Positions 1 to 12,300 of a stretch of 64,000 nt of DNA are shown in pieces. Source of the DNA: Mytilus trossulus (Eukaryota); the NCBI RefSeq assembly GCF_036588685.1, contig NC_086378.1, positions 29,016,001-29,080,000 of the forward strand. Reading direction: 5' to 3'. A program made the translations under genes and the position numbers. The notes below the pieces were generated by a model that ran no database searches, had not been told where the DNA came from, and saw only the letters and a list, made by a program, of their open reading frames with translations. The first letter of the stretch is position 1, and every line of letters starts with the position of its first letter.

Positions 1-680
1 ATATTGTCACTGTCACATGATTATAACCATGGGAACACTGGTAACACTGGGCTGAAAATATATTGTCACTGTCACATGATTATAACAATGGGAACACTGG
101 GCTGAAAATATATTTTCGCATGATTATTATAATGGGAACACTGGGCTGAAAAAATAATGTCACATGATAATTATATTGGTAACACTGGGCTGAAAATAGA
201 GCCACATGATTATTACAATGGAAACACTGGGCTGAAAATAGAATGTCACATGATTATTACAATAGGAACACATGTAAAACTGGGCTGAAAAAATAATGTC
301 ACATGATTATTATATTGGTAACATTGGGCTCAAAATAGAGTGTCACATGATTATTACAATGGAAACACTGGGCTGAAAATAGAATATCACATGATTATAA
401 CAATAGGAATACTTGTAAAACTGGGCTGAAAATATAATGATATGAATATTTCAAAGCAAACACTGGTAAAACTAGACTAAACAAATATGATGTGACCTAA
501 TTTTAAAAGTACAAAATGATATTACATTAATTGGACACACTGGTAATACTGCATTGAAAATATAATGTCATATGGTTTTATAATGTATTCATCATTAGGA
601 CAATAACACTGAGGTAAAAATGTTAATTTCACATGATGAAGTACAATATCATATTCTGATGGGAACATTTATAACACTGA
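1..680. repeat. Degenerate minisatellite, ~50-65 bp units (gtcacatgattattacaatggaaacactgggctgaaaata), truncated by window start
   Basis: cacatgatt and ctgggctgaaa motifs recur about every 50-65 bp and decay toward ~680. Confidence 0.85.
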
Positions 681-866
681 ACAAAAAATTCAGCCGTGAA
701 TTCTTTCTTTTTGGAAGGTATCAATTTCCCTAGATTGAGGAAAATTTACATTTTCAAGGATATTTGATTTTGTTGTTTAGCCAATCTGTGCATAAACAGC
801 ATATAGAATATATGTAATTAGTTGAACATTTGAATATATGTGGTTCATCTGTACCCACGAAAATGG

Positions 867-1215
867 TACTGTCGATTCATTATTATTCGTTGGATACCAA
901 TTTTCATGGATTTCATGGGTACAGGCCAAACTCAAAAATAAAAGTTCAAAAAATAACAATTTCCCTGTCTTGGATGCAAATTTGGCAAAACAAAAAAATT
1001 TAATATCCACAAACATGTAAGCTTTCCTTAATCCACAAAATTGGTACCCACGAAAATAAATGAATCCCAGTGACAGATCCATGGGTTGGAACCCCCCTCT
1101 TTTTTGGCCGATCAATGCATTTGAATGGGAGCATATAGTTGGAACAACCCCCCCCCCCCCCCCCTTTTTGAAATGGCTGGATCCCCAGTATCAAAAAAAA
1201 AAATGTATCTACAGT
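867..1215. mobile_element. MITE (tactgt..gattcatt / aatgaatc..cagta type) interrupted near its end by a GGATCC-type MITE (~1068-1190)
   Basis: Inverted termini tactgtcgattcatt vs aatgaatcccagt/aatgtatctacagta; inner piece cagtgacagatcc...ggatccccagt with poly-C. Confidence 0.5.
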
Positions 1216-2130
1216 ATGTAAGTCCTCACAAGTTAGGTTTATAGATATTTATCATAAGGATGATGAGTAATAATGTCAGACAAAAAATAATTTACATCAC
1301 AATTAGCACCTTATCTCTATGTGTTAAATGAAATCATTTCTTTTGTTTTCTGTCATATAAAAAACGTGATAAAGCTGACCTTAAGAGGTCTCTACACTAT
1401 GAGTCATACTCATGACTTGGTCTCCTTTCTTGTTTTGTTGATATTTCAGGCTGTTAATTTTCTCTTTTCAATTGTTTGGCATTTGCAGTTTCAGAGCAGT
1501 TATATATAGCTATGAGGTAATGGTTTTTCACATTGTTAAAAGCCCTATCATGACCTATAGATGCTAATTTCTTCGTCATTCGGACTCTGGTAGAGTCAGT
1601 TCTCTCATTTGTAATCATACCACAATATACTTATTTTAAAAACAAAATATTTCAAAGAGAAACCATTAATCCATTACTTGTGAAAGGACTGGCTTCCCTA
1701 AAAAAAATATATCAACAAATCGTTTCATTTTCTGGAAAACCATACGGAACACTTTGATAGTAAAATAAAACAAAGATTACTGAACATACCACTGATCAAC
1801 CCTTTCAGAAATTTCTGTAGTACACATGCACTAACAAAACTTTACTTCAGAACAGCAAAAGATTTTCACCTTATAGTATATATTAATTCTATGCTTCAAA
1901 TTCTTACATTGATGTGAAAATTGTGTTATTGCTTTTTTGTGTTCATAATTAGAAAACACGAGTAATACATGTTAGAAGAGCAATCGTATTCTAATAATGG
2001 TTTTTTGAATGAAGAATACCAAACTATATCTTAACCTTGAATGAGAAATGAACATGGGACTTGCACTTGCATATAAATGTTAATATTCTCACATTAAAAA
2101 AAAATAAAAAAATATTCTCACATTACATAG

Positions 2131-2352
2131 TACTGTAAATTCAGAAATTATAGCAATGTTTTCATTATTGCGAAAATACAACAGCCTGAACGGGGTTATA
2201 ATTGCAATATTAATTTCAACTCGCTTATTGAAATTCTTTATAAAGGATAATACAAGGATTTTCTCAATATGGCAAAAAATTAAATTGCATTTTAGTCTAA
2301 AATGACATAATCAAAATAATAAATGCCTATAATAATTTCTGATTTTACAGTA
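2131..2352. mobile_element. TA-flanked MITE; a related copy lies at ~9079-9293
   Basis: tactgtaaattcagaaattat ... ataatttctgattttacagta are reverse complements. Confidence 0.7.
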
Positions 2353-2559
2353 ATTATAGCTATAGTTTAATGATATAATACAAGTATCAAAATTTAAAAC
2401 AGTTCTTTTTGGTACTTAGAAATAATCAATTTGGCAAATATTTTTTTTTAAATTTTATATAAATTCAAGAATATACAGCTTTATTTCCCAAAAGTTGATT
2501 GAAATCTTACTCCAGCAATTCAACAGTAGATACAATAGCAAAATAAGCAAAAAAACTGG

Positions 2560-2910
2560 TACTCTTTGGAGGATAATAAGTTTAGAATCTTTATTTCAGG
2601 AGAAAAGTATGTCACAAGACCAACAAGCACCACCTTTTCTGATGTTGAAATTAGGCTGATTAGACTGTTACCCTTTTGAGGATAATAAGTTTAGAATCTT
2701 TATTTCAAGAAAAAGTATGGTAGACCAACAAGCTTGATATAACTTGTCTCTTTTGAGGATAAGTTTTTTTTAAATCAGGAAAAAGTATATGTCACTAGAC
2801 CAACAAGCACTAGAGGACTTGTCTCTTTTGAGGATAAGTTTTAAAAAAAAAATCAGGAAAGAGTATGTCACTAGTCCAACAAGCACGACAGGACTGTTCT
2901 CTTTTTCAGA
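2560..2910. repeat. Short degenerate tandem repeat (~4 units of 75-110 bp)
   Basis: Recurring ttttgaggataa(taa)gttt...aaaagtatgtcac(t)agaccaacaagcac. Confidence 0.7.
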
Positions 2911-5900
2911 TGCTAGTTGACAAACGTGACGTCCACTGATGTTAAACACCGTAGACATCAATACTTAATGTTTACAATGAGATTATGATAAATACTCAAA
3001 AGAACAATTAGAACCAACGTCAATGTACCAAAATCTTTATATTTACACGAACCCTAAGTACCAATGATGCCTTGGATGTAGGACACATCAATACACAGCA
3101 AGATGACAAGAAGTATAATACCCTAACATCCTGTCAACACAAATGTTTTAATTAGAAAATAAACAACAAAGTGTGTACTCCCACCGTTTTACAGGAAGTT
3201 GATCCAGATGGTACCTCTTCATGTCAAATACTATACTGACGTAAATCATATATAGTTGTATCCAGAAGTCAAGTCAAAATGACAGTATTGTTTGATTCTG
3301 ATAATTCTATCAAATATGGTAAGTCTCACATTTTTTTACATTTTTTCTATAAATTTACAGTTTACCATGTGTTATTTGAAACACTGGGGGATCAGAAAAA
3401 AAAATGTCAGATTAAGCAGGGTGTCGGAATACTCAGGCTTTTTATGCAAGGATATATGCAAATTTTTTTGGACCATGAAAATCTGTCAGTTAAAGCAGGA
3501 TATTTGAATACTCAGGTGTAGGATTAGGCAGATTGCACGGTATATATACCTATATATTACAGTTTATTGAATTTAACTGTGACCCTTAAATTCAATACAG
3601 CTCCACAGATGTTGTAGTTAAAATAATGACTCTCTTGAAATTTCTTAAGAATTTTCTACCCCTTTTTCTGCATAATAATTCAAGAATAAGGCCCAACATA
3701 AAATTAAAAAATGCAGAATCTTAAAAACATGTCTTATTCATTATGAAAGGCATGTAATGAAGTCTTTCTTTAATTTTTTAAAGTCTGATTGCCAAATAGT
3801 GTGAAATTCCCAATATATAACTTATTTTCTAAATAATTGCAACCAACCATTTTGAACTATAACCATACAAAAGTTAGTTATCTTCAGTTATACATGTTAT
3901 CAATCCAACACATAAAAACCTTGTGCTGCTATCAGAAAATTAAATGTTTTTTATTTATAAATATTTAACATGTTTTATATGTTTTAAAAAAACAATATGA
4001 TAGGTGGGTGGAAAATGGTTAGATTTTTTTTGCTTTAAACTGGTGTGGTTTCATTTTTGGCTTGATTTTCTATGTTTTTACGTTTTCGTTTCCTTTCTAT
4101 AATTTAAATGTAAATATGTTGATCAATATATTAAATAAATTAATAAATAAGTTATACCAGAGCTGTTATTATTTTATCTAATGTAATAATCTTGATTTAA
4201 CGATTACCAATATCCTGAAATAGGACTTTCATTTTGAGAAGTACAGTAAAAACTTTGTTTCATTCAAAAATTCACAAGAATTGGTATCATGGATGAATTA
4301 ATTGACAGAGGCAAGTGATATTTATAATTAATAACATAAGCATTATTTAATACAGTTAAACCAATCTTTCGTTACTTTTCTTTATTAAAATAGGCAGGCC
4401 AAATAATGTGCATTGGTCTTCCTCAATATGCATCAAATAACTTGCACTAGATGTTTAAATAGCGTAACAGTCGACAAATCATTAATTCAACCAAGAAGTT
4501 TTTAGCAGTAACAGGGGTGGATCCAGTCATTTTTAAAAGGGGGTCCCAACCCAGAATAAAATTGGGGAGGTCAATCCCCACAAAAAATAAAGGGGAGAGG
4601 GGGCAACAGTACATCCTTTTCAAATGCATTGTCTGTCCAAAAAAAAGGGGGGTTTCCAGGGATCACTTATCGAGTAAAATTTCTTATAAATCTAATATGG
4701 AAGTTGAAATCTCTTTGAACTGTAGTGTTAGTTAGTACTAGGATACCAGAAAACTCCACTAAACTCCCAAAAGTGTGAAATGAGGTCAAGGTCATACTTT
4801 GTAAAATAATTTTAGTTATTAGATGTTTTAAAGTTTCACATATTTCTTACAATGAGGAATGTGTTCATAGTTTTGTTTCTTCAGCTTAGCCTAGATCTGA
4901 ACAGAAATTTAAATTTACTTTTTTCATGTGACCTTATTTGGTAGGTTTTTACCTAAAATGGACCTTTTCCAAATTATAAATGTAATTGAATGACATAAAT
5001 ACAGTTCCTTGAAGGATACGTTAGGTCTATAATTGAAATGATGTTAATGAGATTAACTGACCAGCTTATCCATACAGCTATATATATATCAGGTGTTGAC
5101 AGATAGATAACCAATGTCAGTCACCTTAATGTCAAAGATAGTACAGTGCACTCAAAAAACTCTGGCGTATGGACACATATTTCTCTTATGGTATAAATAC
5201 CCACTTCTAAGACTGGAGCTGAATTCTTTCCGTAAAGACTTTTTGATGACTGGAACTTTTCTAGATAGTGAAATAAAATTGTGCAAAGAAAAGCCTCTTT
5301 ACTGAAAGACTTTTTGATGACTTTGGACAAGTCTAAGGTAAAATGAAAACATAAAGGAATATAAAGTTGGAATGAAAGATGCAAATAAAACTGGACATCT
5401 AAACTGTACAATGAAATAAATTATCAAAATACAGGTATCGTTTTTATTTATTTAATCACAATTTTATTGATAATACAATCTGTTTATAGGTTAAAGTATG
5501 TTTCTTTTCAAATTTAAATCAAGCAAACCATATTGAGGAATGTGATATTGCATATGTATATAAAAGGGAAATAACTCTTTAATAGTACAAATGTTAAGAT
5601 TGCATTAAAAATCAAATAAACATATGAAGCTTATAGACTAATACTTAAGTTTAAAAATACCTTTAGATATAAAAGTTTTCAACATTTGTTATTTTACTGA
5701 TTTTTCAAGTAAAAAAATGTAATTTGGACTTTGATATTCAGAAACTGGCAGGGGTGGGGGAAATGCTTTGGTTACTTAAAATTCTCCATTACTATAAAGT
5801 GCCAACAGAACTTATTCATCCTTGTTTTCAAAATTCCAATGAGAACATACTTCATATAATTGTATAAATAAACCATTTTTTCTTTTTTTCAAGACGTTTT

Positions 5901-6350
5901 GGCCATTGGCCTTCTTCAGTTCTTTATTTTTCCTCTAATGTGACCTTATATGGTTTTTACCTAAAAATGGACCTTTTCCAAATTATAAATGTAATTGAAT
6001 GACATAAATACAAAACAAACAAAAAATTGCGTGATTTCCAAACTTAAACTGACATCACGTACTAAAATTTCATCTTTCGTCCAGATTTAATCAAAACCAG
6101 CTGATAAATCATAACAAAATGGGTCAGACTATATGTGTTAAAATATGTGTTAATATACAAAGTCTTAGATATCTGGTCACTGACCAGAATAATAACCTTT
6201 AACATAACTGACCAACTGGTAATATGATGTCACAACTTTTATGTTGACAATCAAATATTAAAACAAAGAAAAGAATTATGTTCAAATAAGGCATGATTCA
6301 ATGTTGTTGTTTTCCTTATTAAAATGATTGCTTGTGATATTTCAATAGGA

Positions 6351-9300
6351 ATGGTGAGAGAAATACAGCAAAGAGTTGAGTTGAAAGCAATCAGTATGGA
6401 CCTGATGATAAACGTGTCTTGGGCTACTGCCTCTATCTCTATCTTCCTCCTGTATGTAACTGTAGTTTTACACTGGTACAAATCTCACACAGTACAACTG
6501 AGAATGAGGGACATTAATGGACTATTGGTTTTAGCAGGCCTAGCTTTCTGTGTGGTCAAATATGGACTGGGATTTCAAGGAAGCCTGGTACTTTTACTTG
6601 GGATTATGGTGTCATATCTACAGCTGGCACCAGTTATTCTCCAAGTCAACAATAAGGCTATAATCATAACAGGTAATTTTAAATTTAAAACATTAGGCCA
6701 GTTATAACAATTTTTGTTTTGAAATATATACAAGTATGGCCTTGAAAGTTTAGAGTAAAAGTTAGCAAAGTAAACATGTATTATCAATTTATGTAATATG
6801 GAAATAATTAGATAAAAAATACCCATAGAGAAGTTGTATATATTTGCTAGAGGTTATGGGCTACCAGAAATTGTATTTCATTTTTGCAATTTTTGTGATA
6901 AACTTACCACTTGCATAATTTGTACAAAAAATAAGATCACAAAAATGGATATTTTTTTTTACCATTCTTAATATTATCACTTACTACAGCATATCATAAC
7001 ATCTATGCATCCATCTTTTTGTTCTTTAAGCTGAGGTTATTTATTGTAAGGTACTTTTTTATTCTTTTCAAACTGAGGAATTCTATATCTTCAATTTTTG
7101 GAAATTGCTAGTTGACCACTTTGTTTTAATTTGTCATTAGGCTTCTGTCTCAATGGTGTTGACTTTTTGTTAAATTAATTCTATTTAACATATACTTCAT
7201 TGACTTAGTTTCTTTAAAAATCAATCCTTCAATAATACATTGCATAACTGAATTAAATAAATTTCTCAAAGGCTTTTTTTGCTGATTTTTCATTAGCTTA
7301 AGTTATGTAAGTGTTTAATTTTTTTTTAAAAGATATGGACAGAACTATATAAATTTTAAAAGTTTTTTACAAACTAAAGGATGTAGGAGCCCAGGGCAAG
7401 AAGTTAGTCCCCCCCTTTCCCATTCAGCAAAACGATTACTTATAAATAAACAAAAGAAAATGAAGGAAACCGACTAACTTCTAGAGTATTTTAAGACTAC
7501 AGATATGACTGTGTGTGCTTTTTCATGGTTTTTTTTGCTAAATAAGCACTTTTAGAGGTCACTTTGTAAAAATAAGTATCCTGGTAATATTGAAAATAAA
7601 ATATGAGAATGAAATAAAGGCTACAGTGGTATACCACTGTTCAAAACTCATAAAACGATAGAAAAAAACAAATACGGTTTACTAACTAAAACTGAGGGAA
7701 ACGCGTTAAATATAAGAGAACAACAACACAACATTAAAATGTAACACACACAGAAACGAACTAAGATGAGTCTGGATACTGACTTATAGACTATTAAAAT
7801 TATAGACGTGAGTGTGTGAGTGGTTTCTTTGTTGATGTTTGCTTGATATTTTCAGAAGTTTGAATCCCCTCCCCAAACTAATTCAGTCAACTTGTAAGCT
7901 AGTATAATATAAACAAAAAAAATTCTCACAAAATTCTATAAATTTGTAATTTGTAAAGCTTAGTCTTTTTACAAAATTCATGAAAAGGTATTCAAGATAT
8001 GTAACTATAAAGATGCCAAAAAGACAAAATAAATGTATCAACATCGTTGATAAACAATGTTAAAGAAACAAATTTATCAAGGGTATATAGCCTTAAGAGG
8101 ACATTTGTAAATAAGATTAATTAAAAAACTAAAACCACAGAATTAAAAGGATTTACTTTGAACTTTAAGTGGATCAATGATAAGAAATCTTTACCACAAT
8201 TGTACCACTGTCACATGACTGTTTTAAGTAAATAAGGAAGTTTCTAACAAGATTCGAAACCGTAGTTGTATACTACACTATAGGTTTAATCCTTTATAAA
8301 CAATATAATAGATGACGTAGATAATCATTTGACAAACGTCATTACGATCAAGTTTCCTAGAATTAGTCAAATAATTGAAGTTTTGTTAATTCATCCCATT
8401 GCTGCAACTACGTTGCAAATTGATATCTTTTACTTCGACCTAAATTACAACACAAATGCTGCAAAGTTTGAAACTATCATTTTTATTAACTACCCGGCAT
8501 GTATTATTAGGAAAAATTTAAGACATGCAAATAATTGTCACCCAGACCCAAAAACATCAGTAGAGTTAATCCTCTTTTTAAGATCATAACGCATATGTAG
8601 GCAGTGAGGGCAGGAGGGCAGTCCCCCCTTTTTTGAGGGAAAAATATAAATAGATATAAATAGTACATATGTATGTAATCCCTGTGAGACTAACAATAAT
8701 AGTTTATTTCAATGTGTCAAAGCATCGAAATAAAAATTTAAGCAACAAGAAAACTATTAATATCAGCTGTCACCTCAGAAGCTATATATATAGCAAGAAT
8801 TCACACGTAAACAACATGTAACAAACTTGTGAAATACTTATGGCAAAACAAAACATTTGTACTTTTCAAAGACATTTTATGGAAATTATCTAACAAGTGA
8901 CTTATACCTCCATAAAATGAAATTTAAATGTTCAGAATAAGTAGGGTTGAACACTTTGCAACCCAACCTGTTTCTTAGGCTCTGGTTATCTATTGAGAAG
9001 TCTTATCTATAAACTGTGTTTATGAAGTTCAAATCCAGAAATGTAGGTCAATTTTTTACCATATTCAACAAAATTAGATACTGTAAATCATGAAATTTTC
9101 AGGTTTTTATTGATGGGAATAAATGCAACTTCTTCAGTATTGCAGTAATAAGAACTTGCATTCTGATATGTGATACATATCTGTATGAAGTGTTTCATTT
9201 AATCGCAATAAATAAACTAGCAATTTTGTTTATTCTTCAAAATTGCAACAAAAACGTATGCAATAATTCTGAATAAATCATTGTTTACTGTATTGAAAAA

Positions 9301-12300
9301 AAAAATGTTTTATTATAATCATTATCAAAGACTACAACTTCTTAAGATATTACGCTTATATATAAATGTATCTTGGACATACAAGCAAATTCAATTTTAA
9401 AATTGTCAATTTTTCAACAATTGGTGTTTTACTCATTTCTGCAAATATTATTTGACCAAATTAAAAGAAAAGAAATTAATCTATATCAGAATTTACATTA
9501 ACTGTAGTTGGACCAATTTATATGATTTCTGACCCTTATAACTTCATGGCTTAATACATGTTTACCATTATACAATTCCTGTTTAATTTACTATTAATCA
9601 AAATTGACTTTTGGGTCAAGAGTTTGTCTAGTACAATATAAGACAGAAATTCTTACTTAGATCTATTGAGATATAGCATCGATTCTACAAAGATATAGTT
9701 GTACTGAGTACAATATAATTGAAAAAAGATCATTTTACGAAAGCTCTAGGGATAGAAAAGACATCCTCACCCCACCCCCTTTTTTCCCAAATGCAAGTAT
9801 AAAATTGAAGTGCATATAATGATTAGATCTGTGCTGAGGTAAAGCACTGGAATGACATTTATAATCTTTCAGATAACTGACATAACTAGTGTGTGTAAAC
9901 AACAGAACTTTTACATTCAAATTTCTCTCAGACCCCAAAACATGCTGATAGTCTGCTTCTTTTTTGGGGCTTTATAACATGCCTGACACTGAAAAAGGTA
10001 GAATGTAAAAAATTGTAAATTTTCATGAGTTGGACATCCAAAAATAATCATTAAAATAGGCGATTTTAAAATATCTTCTAAATTAGGAAATAATTGATAT
10101 GTTTGTACAGAATGACCTTGAATGGGCGCATGTCAATCCCCATTAATTAATGTGAACAATTATTGTTATGTTTGACTGAACTATAATTGCCAAACTGGTA
10201 TTTTTTTTAAAGGAAAATTAAGTGTAGATAGCAGATGTGTTGCTCTCTGGAGCCTTTTGCTTTTTTGCTAATGGTTTTCTGTCTCATTTGACATACATAC
10301 CACACCTCCATTTATTCAAACTTGAAGTAACTTATATATTTTCTTCAAACAATTTCAACTTTCCACTTCCATTTTTTATTATTTTTTCATTGATTAATTT
10401 TGTCTTTGGAGATATTATCTGAATATATATATAAAGGAAAATACGGTTCCCTTTTTGCACCTGCTGATGCCGTGAAACATCAGCCAGATTTTAATTATTT
10501 AGCTGTACTAAATATCAATGGGTTTCCAAGCACCTGACTTTGAAACAAGAGAAGAACCTCACTTTTATCATTATCTATAATCCAGAACAAAAAGAATGTG
10601 ATATCCAGATATACTTAACAGATGAAATGATTAACTCATTAATGTTTCATGACTGATTTTGAATCATATATATAAAAATATCTGTATAAGACTTACTGCT
10701 GAACTGTACCTGTTTTTATAGTATCAGTTAACTGGTATATAGTTCATATCTATTAAATCTGTTTGACAAAGCAAAGATAGACTTAAAAGTAACTTGATAT
10801 TTGTGAAAATAGCGTAGCAAGAAAACATGTATATATATAAAGTATTCTTTACTAAACAATATTAAAAGAATGATTTTTTTATATCATTAAACTCATTTGT
10901 TGCAGGTTGTGATCGTGGTATTGGCAAAGCTTTAGCCAAATATTTAGATAAGGCAGGATTCAAAGTTTATGCTGGCTGTTTGGAAAATGAAGGGCAAGGA
11001 AAACAAGATCTAATGAATTCCTGTTCATCAAGACTTCAAACAATTCAACTTGATGTAAGCGATGAAAGTCAGATAAAAACAGCTGCAGCTTTAGTACAGA
11101 AAGAACTTGAAATATCAGGTAAATATAAGTTCAAAAGTTTTTACAGAATGACCTTGAAATGATAGGTTAATACATGTCAAAGGTGGAAAGGTTTGTAAAT
11201 AATGACCTTGAAATGTCAGGTTAATACATGTCAAAGGTGGAAAGGTTTGTAAATAATGACCTTGAAATGTCAGGTTAATACATGTCAAAGGTGGAAAGGT
11301 TTGTAAATAATGACCTTGAAATGTCAGATTAATACATGTCAAAGGTGGAAAGGTTTGTAAATAATGACCTTGAAATGTCAGATTAATACATGTCAAAGGT
11401 GGAAAGGTTTGTAAATAATGACCTTGAAATGTCGGGTTAATACATGTCAAAGGTGGAAAGGTTTGTAAATAATGACCTTGAAATGTCAGATTAATACATG
11501 TCAAAGGTGGAAAGGTTTGTAAATAATGACCTTGAAATGTCAGATTAATACATGTCCTTAGGTGTGTATAGAATGACCTTGAAATGTCTGTTAATAAATG
11601 TCCTTAGGTTTGTACAGAATGACCTTGAAATGTCAGGCAAATACATGTCCTTAGGTTTGTACAGAAAGACCATGAAATGTCAATTGAATACATGTCCTTT
11701 GGTATGTTCAGAATGACCTTGAAATGTAAGGTAAATACATGTCCTTATGTTTGTACAGATAAACCTTACATGTCCTAATGTTTGTACATAATGACCTTGA
11801 AATGTTAGGTAAATACATGTCCTAATGTTTGTACATAATGACCTTGAAATGTTAGGTAAATACATGTCCTATTGTTTGTACATAATGACCTTAAAAAGTT
11901 AACTAAATACATGTCCTTATGTTTGTACAGATAAACCTTACATGTCCTAAGGTTTTTACAGAAGGACCTTGAAATGTTAGGTAAATACATGTCCTAATGT
12001 TTGTACATAATGACCTTAAAGAGTTAACTAAATACATGTCCTTATATTTGTACAGAATGACCTTGAAATGTCAAGTAAAAACATGTCCTTGAGATTTACA
12101 CAGAACGACCTTGAAATGTAAGCTCAATACAATCAAATTCATTGTAAAATAAAACAAAGCCATTCTTGTTTCATTAAAATAATATTATCTTGCAGTTAAA
12201 AAAAACCAAACTGATCAATGTATATTTCAATTGTCAGTTAAAACATACATCATTTGAATGGAAAGATGATTTTGAATGAGTAAACGTAGATACAAAGATG

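Noticed and set aside
3195-3318. SDR 5' UTR exon (strong donor atg|gtaagt at 3319)
   Set aside because: Plausible but cannot be supported without transcript data.
9735-9938. Possible HINFP zinc-finger exon (YKCH...H...H)
   Set aside because: Lacks CxxC spacing and any resemblance to the expected HINFP continuation.
11115-11990. Repetitive Cys/His ORFs on minus
   Set aside because: Translations of the intronic minisatellite, not zinc fingers or HINFP exons.
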